From: Longimicrobiales bacterium
Lineage (GTDB): Bacteria > Gemmatimonadota > Gemmatimonadetes > Longimicrobiales > Gaopeijiaceae
DNA: 64,000 bases
Assembly (NCBI GenBank): GCA_965248195.1
Contig: CBDFIQ010000001.1
Span: 512,001 to 576,000, forward strand
Direction: 5' to 3'
The notes under the pieces are model-generated. The model did not search any database. It had not been told where the DNA came from and saw only the letters and a list, made by a program, of their open reading frames with translations. This document shows, piece after piece, positions 35,989-47,200 of this stretch (position 1 is its first letter; each line of letters begins with the position of its first letter). The translations under genes were made by a program, and so were the position numbers.

Positions 35989-36731
35989 GGTCGAATACCC
36001 AGCACCGCCACCTGCCGTTCGGACCGTCCGGCACGATGAGAGAACAGGTTTCTATCCCCACAGAGCGTACAGAGGCTGGAGACGGTAATGCTCTCGGGCG
36101 GCACGCCGGCGGCCCTTGCTTGCTGAGCCAATGCCCCCCGTAGGTCCACCGGGGCCGCATGCGGTGGCACCTCCAGCCCGAGTGCCCTGAACACCTCAGG
36201 GCCCACCTCATAACATGCCCCGCAGATGGCCGGTCCAAGATGCAGGAGAAGGCGTCCAGGATCACTCCCCCACCGTTGGCCGAAGAGAGTGATCCCGCGG
36301 AGAAGGATTCCCGCCGCGGTTCCCCTCCATCCGGCGTGCAGAACGGCCACTGCTGGCGCATCCGCATCCACAAGATAAACCGGCACACAGTCCGCGACGG
36401 TGACCGCCAGGAGAACACCCGAGTCGGCGGTGGCGTGGCCGTCCGCCCCTCCCTCCGTCTCTCGGACGCCCTTACCGATCCGGTCATGAATGACAATCCG
36501 GGTTTCGTGGAGCTGGTGGGCATACACGATGGTCTCGAATTCGGAAGCCTGGAGCAGATCGTTCCACCGTGCGGGGGCCCGCTCCGACGCCGGACCGCCA
36601 AACAGCCGGAGATCGAATGGGTCGGGGCCAGATCCGGCGTGGGTGATCCCGGCGAACAGCCAGGGAAACCGATGGGCCCAATCCGTAACCACGTAAAGCG
36701 GAACGCCGTGCTCAGCGGTCTCTTCAGTCAT
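35985..36731 (-). CDS. pgeF: YfiH/PgeF (laccase-domain, purine nucleoside phosphorylase-like) protein
   Basis: HQLH, VADCVPV, HAGWRG, GPAICGACYEVG, FSHR. Confidence 0.88.
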   Translation of the reverse strand: MTEETAEHGVPLYVVTDWAHRFPWLFAGITHAGSGPDPFDLRLFGGPASERAPARWNDLLQASEFETIVYAHQLHETRIVIHDRIGKGVRETEGGADGHATADSGVLLAVTVADCVPVYLVDADAPAVAVLHAGWRGTAAGILLRGITLFGQRWGSDPGRLLLHLGPAICGACYEVGPEVFRALGLEVPPHAAPVDLRGALAQQARAAGVPPESITVSSLCTLCGDRNLFSHRAGRSERQVAVLGIRP

Positions 36732-36836
36732 GCGAACCAGACCATCGTGGATCGAAACGGTGGCAGGCAACCAAGCGTTCAGCGGCGAGGCAACCACGCG
36801 ATCAATTGTAACGGGACGCCCACCGGTCGGAAGCGG

Positions 36837-39293
36837 TTATCGCACACCCTCGACACGAAAACCGACCACGAGCGTACGGGGCAGCCCCGGGCGTAGGCCT
36901 GCCGGACGTCGAGCCACGCTGTGAATCTGGTTCGTGAAGTTCTGCAGGCCGGCGAAGAGCGTCCCACGCTCGTTCACCTGGACCTCGCCGGAGGCGTTGA
37001 AGACTACGAAGGAATCCGTCCCTTGCCCCCTCGGAATGGGACCAGACCCCGCCTCTGTCCGCATGACTCCCGAAGCGTTCATGGAGATCGAGATGCTCCA
37101 AGCCGACTTATCATAGCCGATGCTCCCGCTCACTTGGTGCTCGGGTAAATAGGGCAGCCGATCTCCAGCCTCGACGGTGCCCCACGCCTCGTAATCAGAG
37201 GCGAACCCAGAGTGAAACTCCGCGCGAGTAAAGGTATAGGCCAACCGGAAGGGCACCCGCGTCACACCGCGAGCCGCCCAGGCGAGATCGTAGTCCAGCG
37301 ACGCCTCGAGCCCAGCGACCCGTGCGTCGCCACCGTTGAATGCTTGCCCACTTCCATCCCCAGTGGTGGCTAGAGTGGCCTGACCGAGAATGTTTCCATA
37401 CGAAGTCACGAATCCAGTTGCCTCCGCCGCCAGACCGGAACGCCGCCACCGGGCTCCCAGTTCATAGTTCACGCTGCTCTCGGAGCGGGTGGCCTCATCG
37501 GCGCCGGGACCCGGAGGGCCGAAGCCACGGTGAACTCCACCGAAGAGGCTCAGGACACGCCACCGGTAGGAGAATCCCACCCCGGGAATCAAGGCGCTGA
37601 TCCGGTTCACTCTGGTGCGCGAGGGCGACCTTCGGGCCGCGTCGCCGCCGGCGTAGTCGACGCGCTTGAATTCGATGCTCTCGAGCCTAACGCCCGGTGA
37701 GATTACCCACGGTCCAAGCGAGATCTCGTCTTGCACAAACGCGGCCACTGCGGTTGCGGAGCTGACCCGATTGGACTGTGTCCCCGGCTCTCCCGAACTG
37801 GTGAGACGCAGCGAGCCATCGAGCATCTGGAAACCGTCCTCCCACTGAAAACGATCCTCTTCATCCTGATGGAACCGGGCACCCAGTTCCACCTCGTGCT
37901 GGCCCAGGGTGAGGCCCAGAGAGGACTGTACGCCTTGTCCGAAATACTCGCGGTTGTTCGCGCGAACGCTCAACGCATCGGGATCGCTGCCTCCTCCCTT
38001 CAAGATGCCGAGGGCCGATGCGTGGTCCTCCGGCGTTCCGAGCACGCGGCTGATGCCCGTGCCCAACACGCTTTGGAGCTTGTACCAATTACGCGCGAAG
38101 TCATTCCGGTAGGCGGTCGTCGTGACGTCCGCGTTGCCCCCCGCCCAGAAGTGCCGCATCTGGATTTGTGAGTGATCGGCCTCCATGAGATCCGCACCCG
38201 AGGCCGGGTATCGAGCGAAGGGGTTACGTCCGAAGTCCTCATCGGTCAAACCCAGATAGGTCTCATCGGACGCCTCAGCAGTGTACCCCAGCTTGAGCTC
38301 CAGCTCCTGATAAGAGTCGCCGAGACGATCCGAGTTGACGCGCACTTTGGCCATGTAATCGTCCACGTCGAAGCCTGTGCTAGCGCCATTCGGCAACTCC
38401 TTGAAGCCATCGGTTCCCATGGAATACGCCTCCACCAACCAACCGAACCGTGCTCCCGATGCTCCCGCTCGAGCGTGGCCCTGGAGACTGCCATACTCGC
38501 CTCCCGAGCCCTCGACGAACCAGGTCAGACGGTCGGGTATGGTCGCGGACACCAAATTGAGAGCCCCACCGATGGTGCGTGGCCCGTACCGCACCTGGCT
38601 CGACCCCTTCCGAACCTCCAAAGCCTCCATCCTTCCCGCGACCGGGAAGTAGTAGGCCGACGGAGCCGCGTAGGGAGCGGGCGCGATCAACACGCCGTCT
38701 TCCATCAAGGTGATCTTCGAACTGCGCTCGGCGCCCGTCCCTCTCAATCCGATGTTTGGGCGTAAGCCGAACCCATCCTCCTCCTGGATGTTCACCCCGG
38801 GCACCTGCCGCAGAAAGTCGTGAACATTGTCGAACACGAATGCCGGGGATTCGAGATCCTCCGCCATCAACACATGGACCGAACCCGGAATCTCATTCGC
38901 CCCGAGCGGGTCGCCGAGCATGCGAGTGCGCTTCAAGAGCACCCGAATGGGGTCCATCCGGAGCGGTCCGGTTCCCATCTGCGCATCCACGACCACGGCT
39001 GCGTCATCAGCAAGCGTGACGGTTTTTGTGAGTGTCGTATATCCCATGCGCACGAACCACAATGAGATCGTCCCGGACGAAATCCCGCTGAGCGTATAAC
39101 GTCCTGCTTCATCAGTGAGCACGCCTATGGGGGCCCCCACGACCTCCACCGTGGCACCCGGGAGAGCGGAGCCGTCATCCTGCGTGCGCACCACGCCTTC
39201 GACCGAGGCGGAACCGTTTTGGGCGAGCATTGGGGAGGCCAGGAAAAGCGCGACGCTGAACGCAGCGAAAGGTAGGGCTCGACTCATATGCAT
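36837..39293 (-). CDS. FecA-like TonB-dependent (iron) receptor
   Basis: EEDGFGLRPNIGLRG, RSSKITLMEDGVLIAPAPY, RPGLPRT; N-terminal carboxypeptidase-like domain. Confidence 0.9.
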   Translation of the reverse strand: MHMSRALPFAAFSVALFLASPMLAQNGSASVEGVVRTQDDGSALPGATVEVVGAPIGVLTDEAGRYTLSGISSGTISLWFVRMGYTTLTKTVTLADDAAVVVDAQMGTGPLRMDPIRVLLKRTRMLGDPLGANEIPGSVHVLMAEDLESPAFVFDNVHDFLRQVPGVNIQEEDGFGLRPNIGLRGTGAERSSKITLMEDGVLIAPAPYAAPSAYYFPVAGRMEALEVRKGSSQVRYGPRTIGGALNLVSATIPDRLTWFVEGSGGEYGSLQGHARAGASGARFGWLVEAYSMGTDGFKELPNGASTGFDVDDYMAKVRVNSDRLGDSYQELELKLGYTAEASDETYLGLTDEDFGRNPFARYPASGADLMEADHSQIQMRHFWAGGNADVTTTAYRNDFARNWYKLQSVLGTGISRVLGTPEDHASALGILKGGGSDPDALSVRANNREYFGQGVQSSLGLTLGQHEVELGARFHQDEEDRFQWEDGFQMLDGSLRLTSSGEPGTQSNRVSSATAVAAFVQDEISLGPWVISPGVRLESIEFKRVDYAGGDAARRSPSRTRVNRISALIPGVGFSYRWRVLSLFGGVHRGFGPPGPGADEATRSESSVNYELGARWRRSGLAAEATGFVTSYGNILGQATLATTGDGSGQAFNGGDARVAGLEASLDYDLAWAARGVTRVPFRLAYTFTRAEFHSGFASDYEAWGTVEAGDRLPYLPEHQVSGSIGYDKSAWSISISMNASGVMRTEAGSGPIPRGQGTDSFVVFNASGEVQVNERGTLFAGLQNFTNQIHSVARRPAGLRPGLPRTLVVGFRVEGVR

Positions 39294-39347
39294 CGAAACA
39301 CAGCTATCTATCCCTTCAAAGTGACGCGGTCCCCCCGGGGCCCGAGA

Positions 39348-39403
39348 TGAGAACGAGTCTCAACCGCATCGCATAGACTACCTCGTTCAGCGAGACGACG
39401 CAA
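39348..39403 (-). promoter_or_regulatory. Sigma70 promoter TTGCGT-17-TAGTCT followed by a Fur-like box
   Basis: -35 at 39403-39398, -10 at 39380-39375, 7-1-7 inverted repeat TGAGAAC-G-AGTCTCA at 39348-39362. Confidence 0.7.
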
Positions 39404-39521
39404 GCGGCCCCTGGGGGCGATGGGGCTCCCCACCGGCGAGAATGTGACTAGCTTAGAAATGGCGCCGACGGCGGCTTCTTCAACAGCCTTCTAGGAAAGC
39501 TCCACGCGAGCAACGAAACCG

Positions 39522-42386
39522 ATGGACGAAAAGCCGTTCGACCGCCAGAACGCCGCCTACGCCCAGGCCCTGTATGAAGAGTTCGCGCGAAACCCGGAGG
39601 GCGTACCGGCTCAGTGGCGGGATTTCTTTGCCTTAGGCCCACAGGCCACGGCCGAGGCCGGTCTGATCGTCCCCGAAGGCCTGGCCGAGAACGGTGGCGG
39701 CAACACCGACTCGAAGGCAGGCACGGCATCGCCGATGGTCGCCGCCGACTTGAGCGCCGCACCGCGAGAGGCGCACACGATACCCCACCTCCTCCGTGCC
39801 GTCGCCCACGCGACGTCGTTCATTCAGGCCTACCGTGACCACGGGCATCAGCTTTCCACCGTCGATCCCTTGGGCTCCGAGCCGCCCGGGCACCCACAGC
39901 TCGATCCCTCCTTCTTCGGCACGAGCTTGGAGGAGCTCAAGGAACTCCCCGCCTCGCTGGTGTTCGAGAACGCGCGCGACGAGTCCCTGGCTGACGTACT
40001 CGAGCGACTCCAGCAGGCCTACTGTGGGACGATCGGATACGAGTTCGAACACCTCGAGGACCCCGGCGTGGTCCGGTGGCTCTGGGATCAGGTTGAATCC
40101 GGCACGCACACGCGCCCTCTCGAGCCCGGAGACCGGGTGCGCCTTCTCCAGCGGCTTACCGAGGTCGAGAGCCTGGAGCAGTTTCTCCACAATGCGTACC
40201 TCGGCCAGAAGCGCTTCTCCATCGAGGGGTCCGACATCATGATTCCCATGTTGGATCTCGCGCTCCAAGAGTCGGCCGAAGTCGGCGCCAAACGGGTTGT
40301 GCTGGGGATGGCCCACCGCGGCCGCCTCAACGTCTTGGCCCACATCGTGGGGCTCGGATACGAGGAGATCACCCGCGAGTTCGAGGGGATCGAGGCAAAA
40401 GGGGCCTTCACGGTCGAGGGCACCGGAGACGTCAAGTACCACCAAGGCGCCCGGGGCGAGCAGAGTCTCCCCAACGGATCCACGATTCACATCACCCTCG
40501 CTCCCAATCCCAGCCACCTCGAGTTCGTGAACCCGGTCGTGGGGGGCATGACGAGGGCGCTCCAGAACACCGGATACGACCAAGACGCGAAGCGGGATGC
40601 CGCAGCGGTGGTCCCGATTCTCATCCACGGAGATGCAGCGTTCGCTGGAGAGGGCGTGGTCGCGGAAACCCTCAATCTCGGCAGGCTGGACGGGTACACG
40701 ACGGGCGGCACGGTCCACATCATCCTCGACAATCAGATCGGATTTACCACGCTGCCTGTGCACGGCCGGTCGACACGGTACGCCAGCGACCTCGCCAAGG
40801 GGTTCAGCTTTCCGATCATCCATGTCAACGCAGACGACCCTGAGGCGTGTCTCGCGGCTGTGCGACTGGCCATGGCGTACCGAGCGGAATATCACCACGA
40901 CGTCGTCATCGATCTCGTCGGATACCGGAGGTACGGCCATAACGAGGGCGACGAGCCGGGTTACACCCAGCCGCTGACGACCGAGGCCATAAAAAGGCAC
41001 CCGACCGTCAGAGCGATGTACGGAGATCTGCTCGTGGACCAGGGTACCCTGACAGCCAAGGATGTGGAGGCGATGCAGGAACGCTTGGCTGTATACCTCC
41101 GCGACGCGCGCAAGCGAGTCCAGAGCCAGGGCCAGGGCCAGGGCCAGTCTCACACGGAGCTCGGCCACGGTCTCGTTCTGGAGACGGACGGAGTCGTTGC
41201 ACCGGACGTGTCGTTGGAGGTACTCGCCGACATCAACCTGGCCGCGCTCGCGACCCCCCCGGATTTCACCATTCACGCGAAGCTCAAGCGCGTGCTCGCG
41301 CGACGCGAGGACTTCGGGCCTGGACTAGCCGTGGACTGGGGCCATGCCGAGGCACTGGCTTTCGGGTCGCTTCTCCGCGAAGGGATCCCCATTCGCCTCA
41401 CTGGTCAGGACACACAACGGGGAACGTTCAGCCACCGACATCTTGTTTTCCACGACGCCAAGACAGGACGGGAGCACAGGCCACTCGCCGAATTCGGGAG
41501 CGCCCGTTTCGAGGTTCACAACTCACCACTGTCCGAGATGGCGGTGCTGGGGTTCGAGTACGGTTTCAGCGTCGCGTCGCAGCGAGCCTTGGTGTTGTGG
41601 GAGGCCCAGTTCGGAGATTTCGCCAACGCCGCACAGGTCAGTGTGGACCAGTTCGTCGCCTCGGGCTGGGAAAAGTGGGGACAGCTTGCGAGCCTTGTGA
41701 TGCTCCTGCCACACGGATACGAAGGTCAGGGGCCCGAACACTCGAGCGCCCGCCTCGAGCGATTTCTCCAACTCTGCGCCGAAGACAACATGCGGGTCGT
41801 ATCCCCGAGCACACCGGCGCAGTATTACCACCTACTCCGGCGGCAGGCCCACCTCCGGCCGCAACGGCCGCTCGTGGTAATGTCGCCAAAGAGCCTACTC
41901 AGGCATCCGAAAGCTACTTCCCCCGTATCAAATCTGGTCAGCGGCAAATTCCATCCCGTGCTCGACGACCCGGCCTGCCTGGGCGCCGAGGGCCTCGACC
42001 GGTTGGCAGTGACCCGCCTGGTTCTCTGCTCCGGCAAACTCTTTTATGACCTGGCCGAAAGCGAGCTGCGGGAGGGCGCTCGAAATGTAGCCATCGCCCG
42101 GCTAGAGGAGCTCTACCCGTTCCCCGCAAACGAGACACGGCAACTCGTCGCTCGGTACCCCAATCTCGATGAGGTCGTCTGGGTCCAGGAGGAGCCCAGG
42201 AACATGGGCGCGCTCGCCTTCGTGGGTCCTCGCCTGAGAACCGTCGTCCCCCGGGACGTGAAGCTCGACCACGTGACGCGGCCGGAGCGCGCGAGCCCTG
42301 CTGAGGGGAAACATATCGACCACGTCGTCGAACAAGCCCGGGTCATTCGGGAGGCGCTCGGGGAACCCGCCCCGCAGGAGCCGTGA
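39522..42386 (+). CDS. sucA: 2-oxoglutarate dehydrogenase E1
   Basis: KRFSIEG, GMAHRGRLN, HGDAAF.GEG, WEAQFGDF, GPEHSSARLER. Confidence 0.95.
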   Translation: MDEKPFDRQNAAYAQALYEEFARNPEGVPAQWRDFFALGPQATAEAGLIVPEGLAENGGGNTDSKAGTASPMVAADLSAAPREAHTIPHLLRAVAHATSFIQAYRDHGHQLSTVDPLGSEPPGHPQLDPSFFGTSLEELKELPASLVFENARDESLADVLERLQQAYCGTIGYEFEHLEDPGVVRWLWDQVESGTHTRPLEPGDRVRLLQRLTEVESLEQFLHNAYLGQKRFSIEGSDIMIPMLDLALQESAEVGAKRVVLGMAHRGRLNVLAHIVGLGYEEITREFEGIEAKGAFTVEGTGDVKYHQGARGEQSLPNGSTIHITLAPNPSHLEFVNPVVGGMTRALQNTGYDQDAKRDAAAVVPILIHGDAAFAGEGVVAETLNLGRLDGYTTGGTVHIILDNQIGFTTLPVHGRSTRYASDLAKGFSFPIIHVNADDPEACLAAVRLAMAYRAEYHHDVVIDLVGYRRYGHNEGDEPGYTQPLTTEAIKRHPTVRAMYGDLLVDQGTLTAKDVEAMQERLAVYLRDARKRVQSQGQGQGQSHTELGHGLVLETDGVVAPDVSLEVLADINLAALATPPDFTIHAKLKRVLARREDFGPGLAVDWGHAEALAFGSLLREGIPIRLTGQDTQRGTFSHRHLVFHDAKTGREHRPLAEFGSARFEVHNSPLSEMAVLGFEYGFSVASQRALVLWEAQFGDFANAAQVSVDQFVASGWEKWGQLASLVMLLPHGYEGQGPEHSSARLERFLQLCAEDNMRVVSPSTPAQYYHLLRRQAHLRPQRPLVVMSPKSLLRHPKATSPVSNLVSGKFHPVLDDPACLGAEGLDRLAVTRLVLCSGKLFYDLAESELREGARNVAIARLEELYPFPANETRQLVARYPNLDEVVWVQEEPRNMGALAFVGPRLRTVVPRDVKLDHVTRPERASPAEGKHIDHVVEQARVIREALGEPAPQEP

Positions 42387-42398
42387 AGCTCGTCAAGC

Positions 42399-43397
42399 TC
42401 ACTCCCAACGGATAAGCAGCTTCCCGAAATTCTCGTTGGCGGCCATGACATCGTGAGCCACAGCTGCGTCCTCCGGAGGGAAGACCCGCTCGATCACGGG
42501 CTTCAGCTCGCCCAACGAAAAGAAGTAAAGAAGGCGGTCCTCGAAGGCCCTCGTCAAAACGGCCTTTTCTTCCACCGGGCGGGCACGGAGAACGGTGCCC
42601 CTGAGCGTCACGCGACGAAGCATCATCGCCCCTAGGTCGATCTGCGCGCCTGCCCCACCGGGTATACCCACGACGATGTGCCTGCCGCGGGGGGCGATGA
42701 CCTTCTGGTTACCCTCCAGGTAGGGCCCACCAACGAGGTCCAGAATCAAGTCGACTCCTCGCCCGCGGGTCACGGCGAGCACCCTCTCCGGCCAGTCGGC
42801 ATCCGCCAAAACCGCGTCATCCAATCCGAGCTCCGAAGCCGCCGCCAGCTTCTCGGGCGTTCGAGAGGTTCCGATCGTCACCGCGCCGACCGCCCTCCCG
42901 ATTTGAACTGCCGCGGTCCCCACCCCGCTCCCAACGGCATGGATCAGCACGACCTCTCCGGCGCTCAGCTCCATCTGGAGGACGGCAGCGTCGAAGGCCG
43001 TCATGAACACCTCCGGGATCGCCCCTGCATCATGCTCGGACATGCCGTCCGGCACCGGTAACACATTCGACCCGTGCGTCGTCACGTACTCGGCATAACC
43101 ACCCCCGCCCAGGAGACCCATCACTCGATCTCCCACCTGCCACCGGTCCGTATCGGAGCCCAGGGCCTCTACCACTCCCGAGAACTCCATTCCGAGGATA
43201 TCCTTCGGCCACCCCTCGGGTGCTGGGTGCTTTCCGCGCCGCTGGAGCAGGTCCGCGCGGTTCACGCCGGACGTACAGACGCGTGCCATGATTTCACCGG
43301 GGCCCGGGGTCGGCTTTGGCACTTCCTTCAACGAAAGGGTTCCGGCGTCGCCCTGACCCTCCATGACCACTGCCTGCATGCTGCTTGATTCGCTCAT
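42399..43397 (-). CDS. NAD(P)H-quinone oxidoreductase (PIG3/zeta-crystallin family)
   Basis: GVNRADLLQRRG, GGGYAEY, HAVGSGVG, NFGKLL. Confidence 0.92.
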   Translation of the reverse strand: MSESSSMQAVVMEGQGDAGTLSLKEVPKPTPGPGEIMARVCTSGVNRADLLQRRGKHPAPEGWPKDILGMEFSGVVEALGSDTDRWQVGDRVMGLLGGGGYAEYVTTHGSNVLPVPDGMSEHDAGAIPEVFMTAFDAAVLQMELSAGEVVLIHAVGSGVGTAAVQIGRAVGAVTIGTSRTPEKLAAASELGLDDAVLADADWPERVLAVTRGRGVDLILDLVGGPYLEGNQKVIAPRGRHIVVGIPGGAGAQIDLGAMMLRRVTLRGTVLRARPVEEKAVLTRAFEDRLLYFFSLGELKPVIERVFPPEDAAVAHDVMAANENFGKLLIRWE

Positions 43398-43441
43398 GGC
43401 AGCTATGATAGGGCAATGCACCCTTTACGGCACCCGTCCTG

Positions 43442-44227
43442 ATGCTCCTACCGATCGAGCTCGACCGGCCCCTTGTTTTCTTCGACTTGGAGACCACCGG
43501 ATTGAGCCCGCAGAAGGATCGCATCATCGAGATGGCGATCCTGAGAGTTTCTCCGCAGGGCGACGTCATGGAACGGGTCAGGCGCTTCAATCCCGGCGTC
43601 CCCATTCCTCCGGAAGCGAGCACGGTTCACGGGATTTCCGACGACGACGTCGCGGACGAGTCACTCTTCACCGCCCGCGCCAAATCGTTATTCGAGTTGA
43701 TGGACCCCTGCGATCTCGGAGGCTTCAATATCCGGCGCTTCGACTTGCCGATGTTGATCGCGGAATTCAAGCGATCTGACCTCGACTTCGACCACCGAAC
43801 TCGGAGGGTGATCGACGTGCAGGGAATTTTTCACCGCGAGGAGCCGCGCGATCTTTCCGCGGCCGCACGCTTCTACCTTGGCCGGGAACACCAGGAAGCG
43901 CACACGGCTCTCGGTGACATACGCACCACTGCGGCGGTCTTGGCCGCCCAGATCGGGCGCTATCCTCACCTTCCCCGGGAAATGGATGCGCTCCACGCCT
44001 ACTGTGACGAGATTCTCCCGATCCGCACTGCCGTCGAGCAGTGGTTCGATAAGGAGGGGGCGGAGTTGATTTTCCGGAGAGGCAAACACAAAGGGCGGCC
44101 ACTCGCCGAGGTCGCGGTTCAAGAGGCGGATTACCTCGAGTGGATGCTCGGGGCGGATGACATGGACGCGGAGGTTCTGGAGGTGGTCGGGGCGGCGCTC
44201 GCTACTGGCACAGAGAAAGGCGATTGA
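43442..44227 (+). CDS. DEDDh 3'-5' exonuclease (DnaQ/epsilon-like)
   Basis: FDLETTG, FNIRRFD, HTALGD; C-terminal GKHKG...YLEWM subdomain. Confidence 0.92.
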   Translation: MLLPIELDRPLVFFDLETTGLSPQKDRIIEMAILRVSPQGDVMERVRRFNPGVPIPPEASTVHGISDDDVADESLFTARAKSLFELMDPCDLGGFNIRRFDLPMLIAEFKRSDLDFDHRTRRVIDVQGIFHREEPRDLSAAARFYLGREHQEAHTALGDIRTTAAVLAAQIGRYPHLPREMDALHAYCDEILPIRTAVEQWFDKEGAELIFRRGKHKGRPLAEVAVQEADYLEWMLGADDMDAEVLEVVGAALATGTEKGD

Positions 44228-47200
44228 GACTGGATTCCACCATGCCAACTCCGATGCGCCGACAGTCGTTGCTCGTACTCGCATGCTTCGTCCCATGGAG
44301 CGGTCTCCTCCTCGACCCTGGAGCGTTGGTCGCGCAGACGGCGCCCACGGGTGAGGTGGCCACCATCACCGAAGCCCAGCTCGAGGCCTTCATGCCCCGC
44401 CTGATCGGACCGGCCGTAACCGGAGGGCGCGTGCACGACGTCGAGGCGCTTGCGCACGACCCGTCCACGATTTTCGTCGCATCCGCGTCGGGAGGGCTCT
44501 GGAAGACCACCAACCGGGGCCAAACGTGGCGCAACGTCTTCTCGGATCAGGCGGTCAGCACGTTCGGAGACGTCGCGATCGCTCCGTCGGACCCCAACGT
44601 GTTGTACGCGGGCACGGGTGAGCAGAACAACCGACAGAGTTCGTCCTGGGGAGACGGCGTCTACCGATCCGACGACGGGGGCGAGACCTGGCGCCACTTG
44701 GGGCTGGTCGAGACGCGTCACGTCGGCAAGGTCCTGGTTCACCCCCGGGATCCCGACATCGCATACGTGGCGGCGCTCGGTAATCTCTGGCGCGGGAATG
44801 AAGAGCGGGGCGTATATCGAACCCGAGACGGTGGGCGAACCTGGGAACGGGTGCTCTATCTTGACGAATTCACCGGGGCGGTGGACCTGGTCATGAACCC
44901 GCAAAACCCGAGAATCCTTTATGCGGCAACATACCAGAGGCTTCGCCGTACTTGGGGCTTCAACGGCGGCGGACCCGGCAGCGGAATCCACAGAAGCGTC
45001 GACGGGGGCGACACCTGGCGCGAACTCACGAACGGAATCCCGGTCGGGGACAAAGGCCGCATCGGACTCGCGATCTCCGAGTCGAACCCCCTCGTGCTGA
45101 ACGCGCTGATCGAGCATGCGGACGAAGCGGAGCAGGGTACCTATCGGAGCGAGGACGGGGGCGCGACCTGGACAAGGGTGAACTCTCTCGATCCGCGGCC
45201 CATGTACTACTCGGAGATCTTCATCGACCCGTCCGAACCCGAGCGTGTTTATGTCCTCGGAACGTCTGCATACAAGAGTGAAGACGGCGGTCGCACCTTT
45301 TCAGAGATCGCGGAGCGGCCGACATACGACGTGGGCGTACACGCCGACCACCATGCACTCTGGATCGACCCCGGTGACCCGAACCATCTCTACCTCGCGG
45401 GAGATTCCGGCCTCTGGGAGACGTACGACCGAGGCGTGAATTTCCGGAAGATCAACAACATTCCGATCGGCCAGTTCTACGCTATCGGCGTCGACAATCA
45501 GGACCCGTACTACGTTTACGGCGGCATGCAAGACAATCATTCGTGGATGGGCCCCTCCGAGACGCGCCGCTGGATCGGCATCCTCAACGACGATTGGCAG
45601 CAGACCGGGTTCGGTGATGGCATGTACCAGCAAGTCGATCCCACCAACCATCGTTACGTATACGCCAATTCCAATGGAGGCGGATACTACCGCATGGACC
45701 CGGAGACCGGTGACATGTTGGACATTCGTCCACGAGCGCCCGAGGGCGAGCCGAACTATCGGTGGGACTGGGTTTCGCCGAGCCTTGTGTCGCGGCACGA
45801 TCCTGCGGTCGTCTACCTCGGGGGGAACCGGCTCTTCATCTCCCGAGACCATGGCGGCTCGTGGATACGGACCGAGGACCTCTCCCGTCGTCAGGATCGA
45901 GACGAGCTCGAGTTGATGGGCGTTCGCGGAGCCGACATCGATATCTCCCGCCACGACGGCGCGTCCAGCTACGGAGAAATCACCGTGCTCGCCGAGTCGC
46001 CTGTGGATCCCCAAGTCCTATGGGTCGGCACGGACGACGGAAACCTCCAGATGTCTCGGGACGGTGGCCGCACTTGGAGCGAGCGAAGCGGCAACGTACG
46101 AGGCGTTCGCGACGGGACTTACGTGAGCCGCATCGTGGCATCCCGATCAGGGGCGGGCATCGCGTATGTCACGTTCGACGCGCACCGTGACGGGGACTTC
46201 GAGCCGTACATTTTCCGGACCTCCGATTTCGGCGAGACCTGGACATCTCTGGCAGCAGACCTCCCGTCCGGGTCGGTGAACTCGATGGCGGAGCACCCGG
46301 ACAACCCGAACGTGCTGTTCGCCGGCACGGAACACGGCTTGTTCGTGAGCACCAGTGCCGGCACCCGTTGGGCCAAACTGTCCCATCTTCCCACGACGCA
46401 CGTCGATGACCTCGTCCTCCATCCGAGGGAGAAGGATCTCGTGATCGGGACGCACGGCCAGAGCGTCTGGATTTTGGATGACACGACGCCGCTCGCCGAG
46501 TGGACCGCAGACGTGGCCGCGGCCAGGGTGCACGTCTTCACCATACAGAGGGCCACCATCTTCAACTACCGGAAGGACACCTCTTATCGCGGCCAAGCCG
46601 AATTTCATGGTACGAACCCGGTGGACGGCGCCGTCATCACTTACGCATTAGGACCGGGAAGGGGGGCGGCCACCCTTCAGATCAGCAACGCCTTGGGGCG
46701 AATAGTGCGGGAACTCATCGTTCCGTCCGATCCAGGCGTTCATCGGGTGAATTGGGACCTGAGGCACGGCACCTCGGACAGGCCGCAGGTTTGGATCCGC
46801 CATGACGACTCACAGCTGGCCCGCCCGATCGGTACCAAGGGCCCTTGGATTTCGCCCGGAACGTACACGGTGACCCTGGAAGCGAGGGGCGCTACGTTCA
46901 CGCAAACAGTGGAAGTGCGCGGGGACCCGCTACTTTCCGTTACGCAGGCCATGTATGAGGAGCGAGAGGCATACCTCCTGGAGCTCCTTACAATCGAACG
47001 ACGAATCGACGAGGCGAGGCCTGACTTGGGGTGTGGCAGCAGTGCGGACGGGCCTGAAACCGAGGCAGATCTTTGCCAAGTCCAGCGTGAAGCCAGACGA
47101 CTGATGGAAGCGTTGGGGGGAGGGGACGTGCGGCCAGGCTCACTCCATCCGCCTACTCCGGAGCACATCAGAAGAAAAACAGTGATCGAGGATCGCCTCG

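Noticed and set aside
41121..41150. CAGGGC hexamer repeat in sucA (QSQGQGQGQS)
   Set aside because: Short in-frame linker microsatellite; no evidence of function.
39633..41276. 547-aa antisense ORF
   Set aside because: Shadow of sucA.
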